The position numbers and the translations under genes are program-made. The notes under the pieces are model-generated. The model saw nothing but the letters and a program-made list of their open reading frames with translations. It was not told the DNA's origin and searched no databases. This document shows, piece after piece, positions 47,228-59,830 of a stretch of DNA of 64,000 bases; within the stretch, counting starts at the first letter, position 1; each line of letters starts with the position of its first letter. The DNA comes from Macrostomum lignano (Eukaryota), in contig NIVC01000445.1 in the NCBI GenBank assembly GCA_002269645.1, forward strand, positions 124,001 to 188,000, given 5' to 3'.

Positions 47228-49729
47228 ATGGCGTCGGCAAGCACCTGCGGCAGGCAGCATGCTCCAATGGGCACGCCAACCAGCGATGGATTCGAACCCA
47301 AGCAGCCTGACTTAGAGAAGAAAAAGGTTGTCATCGATTACTCACCTGGTCCGGATTCCATTAGCAAAGTGATGCGGAAGCGAACCCTGTCGATGATGGA
47401 ACTCCTAGGTGACAATTTTGACGGCAAAGAAGCTCGGTCTACGGATTTTCCTAAGTTTTCTGCATCCAGCAGAGGATTTTCAATTGAAAAGCACTCATGC
47501 AAACCGCCTGTAGCATCGAAACCTGATATTAACTGTGAGGCTAAGCAGGTGGAAGATCGCAAAAGTGCAAAAAGATCGCAGTGCGGCATGCGCCAGGAAG
47601 ATGACGTCCAACCGGATCAGCAGTTTTCCATGCAACAGTCCGACCACCGATGCCGCAGAGTGGCACCCGGACAAGAATGCAAGCCTAAGCCAAAGACGAA
47701 GCCTTGCACATTTCCGCAACTATCGTTAGCACTGTTCCCAATGCCTATGCCTATGGACGATATGCAACAAGTTCGACAACCAAAAAGTGGTAAGCGAGCA
47801 GATCAAACCACCAGACACAGTGCTTCCACACGGTTCCCACAATTTGAGGATAGCAAAGGTAAGAAGAAACTTCGGGTTTCCTTCGCTCAAGAAGCTGAAG
47901 AAGACATCACAGCAATGTACACGCGATGTGATCCGAAATGGCAGGAGAGACTAGCCAACGAAACAGCCAAAAAGGGGCGAAAAACAGCTGCAAAAGAAAA
48001 CCAAAGCCGAGAACAGATCAATCCAGACATTGGTAAGATGCCAAACTACACTGAGCAGTCGGGGAAACACCAGACGGTGCAACAAAAGCAGCCGAGTGTC
48101 AAAATTCAGCAGGAAACAAAGCGTAACATCACGGAAACGCAACTGAATGAGCTCCAAAGGTGCGTAGGCATGTATGATGATGGCAACTATCCTCAGGAAA
48201 CAAACGCTGAACCAGAACTACCGGAAGCACCCCAGTATAGAACTCCAAAAAAATACCGCGGTTCATGCTGGGACATGTACCAGCAAGAAAGTCCGGGAGG
48301 CAGCAAGGAAAGTGAGCAAATGGAGCAGCTGCAGTGTACAGAAAGTTCTCTGGGCGATGAGAAGCAGCAAAGTGGAAGCGAGACGCTTCAGGATGCTGAA
48401 CGACTGCATCAGTGTAACGGCAAAATTTACAGCGAATATAATCGTGTAGAATTTGAGGCAAATAGGGATGAAGAAGACGAAGACGACACCGAGTCCAGAA
48501 AGCCTATAGGGAACGAAAATTTCGAAAAACAAGCAACCGATAAACAAAGACCTGGCTCAAGTGTTCTAGCAGAACTTGAAGTTAGTCGAATGGAACCAAT
48601 CCCTATCCAGCAAACAAAGCGCGTTAGTCAGGACTACACGCTTCAAATTGGTGTAAGAAATTCCACTACAGGAGAGAGTTTTGCAGAAAACCAGCAAAGC
48701 ACGACAAGAGACCAAGCTGTCGACAAGACACGTATTCAAGCCAGTCCAGAAGACCAACAGCAGCGAGTTCGGAGATGTAATTCTCAACATAGACCACAAG
48801 CACTGGCAAATCAAAAGTCAGTTCAACGACAGAGTCGCGCTGAAAAGCCACCTTGCATTGGCTTCCAACGGACTGGAGGAGTAAATCAGCATCGGCGCAG
48901 CGAGAGCGAACCGAGTATGCAGCGAGACCGTCGGATTTCTCCGTCCGGTCAGCGGCCTGAACGAAGTGACGCACTCAGACAAAATACCTGGAAACGTGAC
49001 GACAACAAAGTCGACCCGCCGCCTCAAACAGTAACCAAGTGCTTGGAGCAAACGGTGCAGCAACGACCAAAAGAATCGACAGATATTTTAGATGCATGCA
49101 ATGAAGCTCTTCGACAAGACTCCGAGCGCAAAAGAAGGCGAGAGCAAGCGGAAAGAGCCCAGGAGATCGCTTTACTAGAAGCTCTAAAGCCGAAGCGCAA
49201 AGCTGCCCCGGAGCAAAACCAGCCAGCAACGACCTGCCCCAAGGTTGAATGCCATTGCTCGCTGCACTCGGAGCAGACCTGTAAAGGACCAGCTAAGAAG
49301 CGGCCAGTGGCCAAGCCAATAGCAGATTCTGACTGCAATAAACAAACAAAAGAGAGCACTAGCGACAGAATCAATCCGGAATCCGCCTGCTCAGAGGACG
49401 CAGGCAAAGTGGAATGGGTTCGAGAGGGCCACCTCCTCGTGAAGCTCAACAACGGCAAGCCGAGCGGTGCAAAGGTTGTGAGCAAAGGTGGCCTCTCCGA
49501 CGACATATACAGTAGCGGCGATCAGCCGGTAAAGGCGGAGTCCAGTGAGGCAACGACGCCGGAACAGAAAACGCTAGAAGAAGAGACAATGGAAGATTCA
49601 TCAATGGTGGAGACTGTTCCTCAGCCTCCTCGAAACGATTTGCTGTGGGGCGCCGGCGAGGGCGAAAATACATTAGAGACCACTGATGATGACCCAGTCG
49701 CGGGATCTAAAAAGAAGTGCTGCTGCTGA
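47228..49729 (+). CDS. Intronless 833-aa predicted disordered protein with PP1-docking RVxF motif and C-terminal KKKCCC
   Basis: 2.5-kb non-repetitive ORF with ATG and TGA; Q/E/K/S-rich; KKKLRVSFA at 47861-47887; no recognised globular domain. Confidence 0.75.
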   Translation: MASASTCGRQHAPMGTPTSDGFEPKQPDLEKKKVVIDYSPGPDSISKVMRKRTLSMMELLGDNFDGKEARSTDFPKFSASSRGFSIEKHSCKPPVASKPDINCEAKQVEDRKSAKRSQCGMRQEDDVQPDQQFSMQQSDHRCRRVAPGQECKPKPKTKPCTFPQLSLALFPMPMPMDDMQQVRQPKSGKRADQTTRHSASTRFPQFEDSKGKKKLRVSFAQEAEEDITAMYTRCDPKWQERLANETAKKGRKTAAKENQSREQINPDIGKMPNYTEQSGKHQTVQQKQPSVKIQQETKRNITETQLNELQRCVGMYDDGNYPQETNAEPELPEAPQYRTPKKYRGSCWDMYQQESPGGSKESEQMEQLQCTESSLGDEKQQSGSETLQDAERLHQCNGKIYSEYNRVEFEANRDEEDEDDTESRKPIGNENFEKQATDKQRPGSSVLAELEVSRMEPIPIQQTKRVSQDYTLQIGVRNSTTGESFAENQQSTTRDQAVDKTRIQASPEDQQQRVRRCNSQHRPQALANQKSVQRQSRAEKPPCIGFQRTGGVNQHRRSESEPSMQRDRRISPSGQRPERSDALRQNTWKRDDNKVDPPPQTVTKCLEQTVQQRPKESTDILDACNEALRQDSERKRRREQAERAQEIALLEALKPKRKAAPEQNQPATTCPKVECHCSLHSEQTCKGPAKKRPVAKPIADSDCNKQTKESTSDRINPESACSEDAGKVEWVREGHLLVKLNNGKPSGAKVVSKGGLSDDIYSSGDQPVKAESSEATTPEQKTLEEETMEDSSMVETVPQPPRNDLLWGAGEGENTLETTDDDPVAGSKKKCCC

Positions 49730-51534
49730 TTTACTGCTCACAGTTTTTGTTTCTTATTCGGGCAAAATGCATATAAGCCTTGCAAATTTAATTTCTCAAC
49801 AGCGTTAAAACCTTTTTCCCCCGACATGGTGTCAAACTGCTACTGAAATGCAATTTATCTCCTGTGACATTTAATGCTTGCGAAGCATTTGGTCACGATA
49901 GAAATTTTCTTTTTGCAAAAAAGTCTATTGATTTTGTTTTTTTCTCTGGGAAACAAGAAATTGTTTTAAGTGTTGCACTTATTAAAAGGAGCCGCGAAAT
50001 CACGCCAGACTTTCGTGATTAGTCCAGATGGGACCATATAATCAATCTAGTCACGAGATAAAAGATCGCAACTCATTAATCTTTCCCTTTTCATAGGGCG
50101 AGGGCTTAGGAGTAGTTGGGTGGAAAAATCTAGGTTCGGTCAAAACTCGCGACTTGAAAGCGTGATCCGGCCTGAAGGCAGGAGGGAAAGAAGCAATCAT
50201 TTTTTCATGAATTTCGTAAATCAGTCAGGCCCTGCTAAGGCTTTTCCCGAGAGCAGAAAATTGCAGGCATGTTTGCGTTAGCCGCTAATATTAGCAAGGA
50301 AAAGATAAATTACATGATGCGGGAAGCTGAGACCCTGCAGACCCGGGATGAGGAGCAATTACTTGCGCGGGCTACCCTGCAAAATGATTTGATAGAGGAG
50401 CCCCGGCAAAGCAGCGGGGATATGGATGCATATTCAAAGAGGTTGTAAATTAAAATTTTGTAAATGGTACGATTAAATCAACGATAATTTTTTGTTTTAC
50501 TATACTGAATATAATTTTGAAAACATACTTTCTGGTCTGATGAAACCTGAACTGAAGGGCTGTATAAATTCGATGAAACGGAGAATCAACTTCCACAATC
50601 TACGAGCGTACCACTCAACGTTGCTGTGCTAGCTTGCCCGTTATTTTCGAATATTTGGCTTCTTCTACCAGTCATTAGTCATTTGCTGCCCCGCTGACCG
50701 AATCTCTCAATCTGACTATATCCGACGAATCTTCTCCTGCTCTCAAGGTTCCTTTCGCCAGGCAAAGAGAGTAGAGAAAGTGATCTATAAAAACAATTAT
50801 ATTCTTCTTTTATTAGCCGGCACAACTCTCCAGTTGCATTCCCCTTTCTCAGCGCATTCTCAAAACGGAGTATGAGAAAACCAATCGATCTGAAGTCTCT
50901 TGGTTCCAGTCACAGTGCTTGAGTGCAATTCCATTGTCTATTTCAGTGGTAAATTTAGAACAGTTTCACTAGGAGAGATGGCAGATTTAAAAAACCATTC
51001 ATACATATTTGATACGGTGCTGAAAAGTACAAAACGGATGAAGCCGCTTCGCAGTGATTCGATTTTTCGGTGCATAGGTTGAGCCTATTGACAGACATCA
51101 TACAGTCAAGCAGATACATTTATACATAGAATTAACCTACAGTTAGATATACCTTTAAATTATTGTATGCACTTATAATTGGCTAGTACAGTAACATTCA
51201 AAGCCCCACTCAATTATAGGTTTGTTTGCACCAAGGCAATGCAAATTGGTTTCATTGATTTAACATGCTTTGAAATAAAATGAAACACGTTTTGAGGGAA
51301 AGAAAAAGAAAAAATAACAAAAAGCCATCTACTATTAATTATGGAACACCTGCTGACCACTGCAAACAGGTAACACAAAGAAAGCAAGATAAATTGCATT
51401 GCCAGGTAGATATCGATTTTTGATTCAACGGGACGCAATTTTGGAGGGGCCATGACTGACAGAGGTGACGCTGGGCTTTCATGACAACCAGACGGGACGC
51501 TCCTTAGCTACAATTCTTGACTTGATTAGCCCAG

Positions 51535-51847
51535 TTATTGTCTCTTGACTGCCGTGAGAATCGCGGGCGCCGCCTCTTCCTCGTCGATGCTATCCTTAGC
51601 GGAGCACCGACTCAACTTCAATGGCGCGCGCTTCTGCTTCGGCTGCTGATGTCGAAGGCCACGCTCGCTCTCGTGCCCGCGCAGCAGTCCGCAGGCCGGT
51701 GGCTTCAGGAACTGGTTGAACAGGGCGCTACTTCTCTCGTCAATGCTGTAGTCGCGATGCAGCCGGTGGCGGCGGGCCTCAGACGAGGCTGCGGATCCGC
51801 TGCCGCCGCTACCAGATAGGGAGGCTGCTGACGCGGAGACTTGGGAT
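51535..51847 (-). CDS. CBARP-like: CBARP (BARP/C19orf26)-like protein, terminal exon
   Basis: Acceptor CCTGCAG|A, phase 2; encodes RLHRDYSIDERSSALFNQFL, matching CBARP RDYSIDEKTDALFHEFL; TAA at 51537-51535. Not in the ORF track (no start codon). Confidence 0.75.
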
Positions 51848-53069
51848 CTGCAGGGTTTGAGATCCAGGCTAAACGATGAGGACGAGATTAGGGTATCCGT
51901 GGATGTTGTAGATTAAAGCATCAGTACTTTATGCTAGTAGCTTGAAAGGTCCGCACAACGGAATAGAGTTATCTAATGGAGCTATTAGCTTTGAACGCTG
52001 CTTGGAGGAACTATAAATGCTTCAGATGTGAAAAAATAAATCCAGATAACTTCGAGCAGAGTTATATTAGGATACATTTCTGTACAGTGTTAACAAGGGG
52101 AGGCTCCCACAATTAATCCAGATTCGATTCTGTTCGCAGACCCATCGATTTGCTACTGTGTTGTAATAATTAATATTACACGCTCGTAACAGGTAAATGG
52201 CGTGTGCGATTCACGCCAATGAGGACCAACGCCCAAGGCGCAGAGTGAGTACATGCCTGACGATGAGAAAATACATGCTGTTTGTTTGCCTGCTTACGTG
52301 TCCGCGTGCGTGCCTAAGGTGGGTCAGTGGACCAGCGAACTGCTTTCCACCTCTCTGGCAACCTGACAGTGCCCAAAACTGATAAACTAATACTAATATA
52401 CATGCAGCTGCACCGTTAGCAAGTGGGTCTTCAAAATTTTGTTTGATGAAATCGACTGCTGCGTCCTGATACAACGATAGCTTCTCGGGAGTACCGTAGT
52501 TTTTGGGTTGTCTCCGTGCGAAATAGCTATTTAAACGTATGATGCTTTAGCGTAAAATTAATGGGTTGTCGTAAGTTAAGTTAACCAGACTCATAAGAGC
52601 ATCTTTTTCGACGAGAGCTTCAACGCGCAGGGTCAGCTGCTGAAGATCGAGCTCAGGAGAGCGAATCATGATCAAGAAAAGTTTATCATGCTGTTGGGCA
52701 GCCATCATAGGTGAAGATTGAACATTTCCACGTGCATATAATAGTGGACACTTGTCACTATCATATACCATTATAGAGCATTACAAAAGTTTCTGTAAGG
52801 AATAAGGTAGTGGAAGTTTTTTAAAAAAACGCTTGAAACTTTTACCATTAACCGTAGTTCCCTAAGAAAATACCCCAAGTGGGTGACGTACAGTGGCAAA
52901 GCTGTAACACTGTAACCCTTTAATTAAATTTTACATCTCCTGTAAACTGTCTAAGCTGTTAACGAAACGCTCCGTACCTTATCTATTTTTACAAGTTTAT
53001 TTCGCCTTATTTCGCCTGGCCTCGTTTAATCCAGGGCAAGTACGAGCTCGAAAAAGATTTGTTACGCAC

Positions 53070-53588
53070 CTGAGAAACCTAGCAACCAGGGGATTCTCGT
53101 GGCAGCCGTAGAAGAAGCCACTGAAGCTTTCTTCCGGACCAAATGCTTCATCGCTTCCGTCGCCTTCGCAGGTTTCGTCCTCGAAGACGCCGTCGCCATC
53201 GGTCGCCGACGCTTGAAGACAGCTGCGACGCTCAACACTGCGGTAGCCGGAATCCCGCTGCAGCAGGCGGAGCTGGCCACGCTTTGCTGAAGAGACGCAG
53301 TCACTGACGTCCTCTGCTATCTCGATGCTGTCCTTACTGTCCTCGGCTTCATCCTCATCGTCGTCGAGCTCGTCCTCGAAGCTGGAGCGCAGTCGCCAGA
53401 GGTCGCGCGGCTCGACTATAGTCAGCCTCGCCTTGTCGGAGTTGTCGCTGGTGTTAATGACGATCTCAGTCAGTGAATTCGGTGTCGCTTTGTTGCCTTG
53501 TTGGGCTGTCACTTCCGGGGGAGTTTTTGGTCTTGCAGTTTCCGGTGTGGGTACGTGTGCTTCGTGTGAGGCCTGGGTTTGACCCCAT
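53070..53588 (-). CDS. CBARP-like: CBARP-like protein, penultimate exon
   Basis: Acceptor CCGCAG|A, donor AG|GTGCGT (phase 2-2, 519 nt). RDLWRLRSSFE and RLLQRDSGYRSVE match CBARP RDLWSLRASLE and RLLQMDSGYASIE. Confidence 0.75.
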
Positions 53589-53692
53589 CTGCGGAGGGCA
53601 GATTTTTATAAACTGTAATACGAGCTAAACGCTTGCAATTACAAAAAGTGGCAAGCAGAACAAGGCCATAAGATAAATTGTGCAGAACTCAC

Positions 53693-53769
53693 TCACTTCT
53701 TTGTGAAATTAATTTTGTGCTGGCAGACGGGCGCTTGCGGTAAAGTTGATACAGTAATAACAGTGGAGG
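53693..53769 (-). CDS. Probable further upstream small exon of the CBARP-like gene
   Basis: Acceptor TTTCAG| at 53770 and two tandem GTGAGT donors (53696, 53692). Frame ambiguous; more 5' exons are needed. Confidence 0.35.
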
Positions 53770-54744
53770 CTGAAATGGATGAAAAATTAATATGAATAGG
53801 TAGGTATGCTTTTGTCATGAAATTTTCTAGAGTTAGGCCTTACTTGGTTGAAAACTTAAAAAGATTGTAAAATTTGATTCAACACGTAATCAGCTGGCCC
53901 TTTTTGGTTAGTCGTATGGTTGGTTATGTAATAAAAATATCCTACAAAGGTCATATTCATAGGGAAAGGTTTGCGGTAATGACAATAAAACTTATTGGGT
54001 AGTAGAGGAAAGCAGAATTATTTTAGAATTCGCTGGAATCAGCTACAGACAGCAAGCATGAGTGGTAGTGCAAGCACATTTATTCGCCGCTGACTCAATT
54101 ACATTCGACAGCTCGACTAGACTATATAACCAAGATAGATTATCCCGTGACGAGATCAGACGGCATATTCCATTCCCGCAGTCAGACAGCACCATAATTG
54201 CACCCGACAGCCGAAATGGTAAATCGCTATATTTTAGCAAGGGGAAAATTTCAAACTGCAAATACCGGTTCCGCACTAGCGATTTTTCGAACTACTATCG
54301 GATCCAGGAGACGAATTATTCAAATGATCTGGGACCGTATAAATCGAACTGAATTTTTCATCTGATTTCCGATTCCAGCCACCGTATAAGCTCTCTAATA
54401 AATGAAAATAGTCCTAAATACACCATAAAAATGAAATGTCATTAAAATTGAATCGGTTTCAAAATGTAGCTTTTTGTAGACGGCTCACTAAACACCCCCT
54501 GTGTAGATCAGGGGGTGATGTAACTATGGGCCGTATGCAGAAAGCTCTGTCTAGGGTAGTCCGGTCTTGAAAAGCTAGTCTAGACTTGGATTTGGTATGC
54601 AGAAACGCAAAGTTAGACCGGTCTTCTATAGCACAACTAGTGAATGAAGACGCTGTCGTCTTCAAAGGTGGGACGATGGTTTATATTGTGTCCATTATTG
54701 TTTATGGCTATGACATCTATTTATTTAACCTAAATTGAGAGCTA

Positions 54745-56620
54745 AAAAGCCCCCCACGCCCCTGGCATTAGTTAGTCTAGTGGTATAGTAGGGGGCTGGC
54801 CGCCCCCCACGCCCCTGGCATTAGTTAGTCTAGTGGTATAGTAGGGGGCTGGCCGCCCCCCACGCCCCTGGCATTTATTAGTCTAGTGGTATAGTGGGGG
54901 GCTGACCGCCCCCCACGCCCCTGGCATTTATTAGTCTAGTGGTATAGTGGGGGGCTGGCCGCCCCCCACGCCCCTGGCATTAGTTAGTCTAGTGGTATAG
55001 TGGTATAGTGGGGGCTGGCCGCCCCCCACGCCCCTGGCATTAGTTAGTCTAGTGGTATAGTGGGGGCTGGCCGCCCCCACGCCCCTGGCATTAGTTAGTC
55101 TAGTGGTATAGTGGGGGGCTGGCCGCCCCCCACGCCCCTGGCATTAGTTAGTCTAGTGGTATAGTGGGGGGGCTGGCCGCCCCCCACGCCCCTGGCATTA
55201 GTTAATCTAGTGGTATAGTGGGGGCTGGCCGCCCCCACGCCCCTGGCATTAGTTAGTCTAGTGGTATAGTGGTATAGTGGGGGGCTGGCCGCCCCCCACG
55301 CCCCTGGCATTAGTTAGTCTAGTGGTATAGTGGGGGGCTCGCCGCCCCCCACGCCCCTGGCATTAGTTAGTCTAGTGGTATAGTGGGGGGCTGGCCGCCC
55401 CCACGCCCCTGGCATTAGTTAGTCTAGTGGTATAGTGGGGGGCTGGCCGCCCCCACGCCCCTGGCATTAGTTAATCTAGTGGTATAGTGGGAGGCTGGCC
55501 GCCCCCCACGCCCCTGGCATTAGTTAGTCCAGTGGTATAGTGGTATAGTGGGGGGCTGGCCGCCCCCCACGCCCCTGGCATTAGTTAGTCTAGTGGTATA
55601 GTAGGGGGCTGGCCGCCCCCCACGCCCCTGGCATTAGTTAGTCTAGTGGTATAGTGGGGGGCTGGCCGCCCCCCGCCCCTGGCATTAGTTAGTCTAGTGG
55701 TATAGTGGTATAGTGGGGGGCTGGCCGCCCCCCACGCCCCTGGCATTAGTTAGTCTAGTGGTATAGTGGGGGGCTGGCCCCCCCCCACGCCCCTGGCATT
55801 AGTTAGTCTAGTGGTATAGTGGGGGCTGGCCGCCCCCCACGCCCCTGGCATTAGTTAGTCTAGTGGTATAGTGGGGGGCTGCATGGCCCCCCCCCCACGC
55901 CCCTGGCATTTATTAGTCTAGTGGTATAGTGGGGGGCTCGCCGCCCCCAGGCCCCTGGCATTAGTTAGTCTAGTGGTATAGTGGGGGCTCGCCGCCCCCA
56001 CGCCCCTGGCATTAGTTAGTCTAGTGGTATAGTGGGGGCTGGCCGCCCCCACGCCCCTGGCATTAGTTAGTCTAGTGGTATAGTGGGGGGCTGGCCGCCC
56101 CCACGCCCCTGGCATTAGTTAGTCTAGTGGTATAGTGGTATAGTGGGGGCTGGCCGCCCCCACGCCCCTGGCATTAGTTAGTCTAGTGGTATAGTGGGGG
56201 GCTGGCCGCCCCCCACGCCCCTGGCATTAGTTAGTCTAGTGGTATAGTGGGGGGCTGGCCGCCCCCCACGCCCCTGGCATTAGTTAGTCTAGTGGTATAG
56301 TGGGGGGCTGCATGGCCCCCCCCCCACGCCCCTGGCATTTATTAGTCTAGTGGTATAGTGGGGGGCTCGCCGCCCCCAGGCCCCTGGCATTAGTTAGTCT
56401 AGTGGTATAGTGGGGGGCTCGCCGCCCCCACGCCCCTGGCATTAGTTAGTCTAGTGGTATAGTGGGGGCTGGCCGCCCCCACGCCCCTGGCATTAGTTAG
56501 TCTAGTGGTATAGTGGGGGCTGGCCGCCCCCACGCCCCTGGCATTAGTTAGTCTAGTGGTATAGTGGGGGGCTGGCCGCCCCCACGCCCCTGGCATTAGT
56601 TAGTCTAGTGGTAAAGGGGG
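54745..56620. repeat. ~52-bp GC-rich minisatellite (~36 copies) inside Helentron unit 1
   Basis: ccccccacgcccctggcattagttagtctagtggtatagtggggggctggccg repeated. Confidence 0.95.
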
Positions 56621-58486
56621 GCTGGCTCCCCCACCGCTCCACCACCCCTCGAGAACTTTTCCCACATCTAAACACGTCTTTGTAATATGTTACAACTATA
56701 TTCTAGCCTTCAAACGACCAGACATCAAATACTTGCTTGCCGACATGTATCGTAATATACTTTTTGCACTAACAATCATACGTGCCGCACTAAAAGATTC
56801 ACTGTTACTTTTTAAATACGTATAAAAAGAAAAATAAATTTAAATAAATGTAATTTAATTGTATAAAAAACATAATAGTTAGAGAAATAAAAATACAAAA
56901 AATCTGGATTCTGTTTGCTCTAAAAGAACTTTAAACTAAAAAATTTTTCGGATCTCTTGGGAATCGAACCCTGCAGCACTCAATTGTATGGAAACTAACT
57001 CTGCCACTGAGCCACAATTTGCTTACTAAGTTGGCCTATAGTACACGTATTTTATATCGAATATCGCTAATAGCAGCCATTTCTACCATTTTTGCTGCTT
57101 TTTCATACATTTCTGCTCGTTGCATCGCAACGCTTCTACCTAAAAATACGAGTCGCATGTCGTTACAGAGATAACATCAAGGCGCATTCATCCAATGCAT
57201 TTTCAAATTATGTCAACAAATTTTTCGGCTGCTAGGCGCCAAAATATTAATTTTCACCTGTTCTGACAGGTAATCAAACAGGTATTAAGACCTGTTAACC
57301 TAAGAATCAGTTTTCAAAACTGATTTAGCTGCATAATGCATCCATAGTGCTGTTTTTAGACACCAAACTTGAGTCTCTAGGTCTCGCCAATGCAGAGTTA
57401 TTAGCAAAAGTATGCTCAAAATTTGCCCAAAAATGGCCTACTCAAAATTCGGAGCCAATTTTCTCAAAAATACGAATTTTCCAGCCATATTGGCGTATGA
57501 CCGGTGTAACTTTAGCTATTCGACTAAACAATATTGAAAATGCAGAAAAATCGGTGCGCAAAAATTCTTATTTTTCGACTTCAAAGTTTGTACCCCAAAT
57601 GGGCCGTTTTTCACTTAACAGGTAAAAAGTACCTGTTAACAGGGGTTTTTTCATGAGTGTCTTATGTCATTCAAAAGAGCATCCAATAGGCTACAATTTG
57701 ACACTACACTCGAAAAAATTCGCCCCATTTTAAAAAATTTTCCTTAACAACGTCTGATTTTCTGCAGAGCCCCCGGCCTCTTTTTTCCCTGGTTTCCGGG
57801 TCACTGCTCAGCACAGGTAGGTCCAAATGCTTAGAAAATTCAAGAAAACAAATTTCCATATGTTTGACACGTTGTGTTAAAGTCTCAACACCGTAGCTTA
57901 AAACGCTTTCTTATTTTTTGGGACTACTTTTTAAAAACGTGACCCAGTTTTTCGAAAACGTCGTTTTTAGGCACTCTTTGGCACCTGGGCAAGTTATTAA
58001 TGGCCCAATCGGCCCGATCTCAACATTTCCGAATAGAGGACATCCTGTTGAGTGATTTGGTATAGAAAAAGTAAAAAATAAACTTTTCCATCTCGACGAG
58101 ATAGGCCTTTCAAAAGTGTTCTAAAAGTTTGTACTTTTAAAGTGCAGATAGGCAGCCATGTGAAAAGTACATTTTAGCCCAAAAAACTATAGCGCATCAA
58201 ACAGCCCCAAGTGTTTTTAAGGCTAGGAGGCAGCTCAAAGGCCGCGCTATCGCGCGTCCTTTTCGCTGCGGTGAGGCAAAGTTGAAAAAAATGCCAAATT
58301 TTCGACCTCAAAAAACACGTTTTTTGTACTTTTAGCCTAGACGTTATAGTACAATCAAAAAATTCATTTCGGATCATTGTAGCGTTTAAATGCCCGCGTT
58401 TACTGAGCCCACTCGCTAAGCGCTGCCATATTTTCCTGCCTCTGTAATTGAGATCAAAGTTTTTGAAAAAGTTGAAAAAACGCAGT

Positions 58487-58527
58487 TTTTGGTTGCCATG
58501 GCAACCAAAACGCATTGCCATGGCAAC
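58487..58527. promoter_or_regulatory. Paired RFX X-box motifs inside Helentron unit 1
   Basis: Perfect GTTGCCATGGCAAC (58492-58505) within a 24-bp palindrome, plus ATTGCCATGGCAAC (58514-58527). Function not shown. Confidence 0.5.
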
Positions 58528-59329
58528 CAACTATTGTGCATCCGATAGCGCTAGGTCTTTGACACATTCTGGCAAAAACTGTTTGTAAATCGGTCGTACC
58601 GTTTTTTATTGGCAGCGTTTCAAAGTTGAAAAACGTCATTTTTAGTGTGTCACATCTGTTGCACATCTTATCAGGGACGATTTCGCAAAAGTAAGCAGTA
58701 TAGAAAAAAATTCTCGCTTCGCTCGCATTTTTTTCTATACTACTTACTGGCTCATCGTCCCACAACTAGTGAATGAAGACGCTGTCGTCTTCAAAGGTGG
58801 GACGATGGTTTATATATTGTTTGTAACTTTTATGGCCTAATTTTAAATTTAAAAAAAACTAAGAAGCTTAGTTGATTATAATTTAATTTAAACAAAGTTT
58901 AAGCATAACTGTTTAAAAAATTAATAAAAATACTTATGATGGTTTATTATGTACATTATTGTTTATGGCTTAATATAAATTTTAAAAAAAACTAAGAAGC
59001 TTAGTTGATTATAATTTAATTTAAACAAAGTTTAAGCATAACTATTTAAAAAAAATTAATAAAAACACTTATGATGGTTTATTATGTCCATTATTGTTTA
59101 TGGCTATGACCTATTTATTTAACCCAAATTAAGAACTAATTAAAACGCTATATCGTGTTTTTATATTTTACGGCTATGACGTATGAAGAACTAAATAGCT
59201 TAATGGGCTACATTTTCAATTTGATTTAAACAAAGTGTATACATAACTGTGGAAATATAATAATAAAAAATATTTTATTAGATTACAAGAATATCCACTC
59301 TGCTGTTGTGTAGAAAGGGTTGTTAAGGC

Positions 59330-59830
59330 GGTTGTTGTTGTTTGTTGGTTGTAAAAGGGGTTGTTGTTGTTGGGGTTTTTGTTGTTGTTGGGGTTGTTGT
59401 TGTTGTTGTTGGGGGGGGGTGGTTGTTGTTGGGGGGTTTGCGTAACGTGGGGGCTGCCGCCCCCACACCCCGCTCCCCACCCCTCCCGCGCGTTGTTGTT
59501 GGGGAGGGTGGTTGTTGTTGTGGGGTTTGCGTAACGTGGGGGCTGCCGCCCCCACACCCCCGCTCCCCACCCCTCCCGCGTTGTTGTTGGGGAGGGTGGT
59601 TGTTGTTGTGGGGTTTGCGTAACGTGGGGGCTGCCGCCCCCACACCCCCGCTCCCCCACCCCTCCCGCGCGTTGTTGTTGGGGAGGGTGGTTGTTGTTGT
59701 GGGGTTTGCGTAACGTGGGGGCTGCCGCCCCCACACCCCGCTCCCCACCCCTCCCGCGCGTTGTTGTTGGGGAGGGTGGTTGTTGTTGGGGGTTTGCGTA
59801 TTGTGGGGGCTGCCGCCCCCACACCCCCGC
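59330..59830. repeat. (TTG)n-containing ~86-bp minisatellite inside Helentron unit 2 (same family at 63235-63560)
   Basis: ttgttgttggggagggtggttgttgttg..gggggctgccgcccccacacccccgctccccacccctcccgcgcg repeated. Confidence 0.92.

Larger units (their letters stand above)
54637..58765 (-). mobile_element. Non-autonomous Helentron (Helitron2/HINE-type), unit 1
   Basis: Minus strand begins TT-GTGGGACGATG and ends CATCGTCCCAC-cttt-GAAGACG acag CGTCTTC-attca-CTAG: asymmetric 11-bp sub-TIRs plus a 3' hairpin. Contains an internal minisatellite; no Rep/helicase ORF. Confidence 0.75.

Noticed and set aside
52197-52771. ORFs 52211-52474 and 52547-52771 as extra CBARP-like exons (and 54062-54352 as a gene)
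   Set aside because: The flanking exons already join in phase, and these ORFs show no motif support.
54637-54664. Canonical Helitron1 3' end (hairpin + CTAG)
   Set aside because: The 5' end is TT rather than TC and asymmetric 11-bp sub-TIRs are present, fitting Helentron/Helitron2 better.
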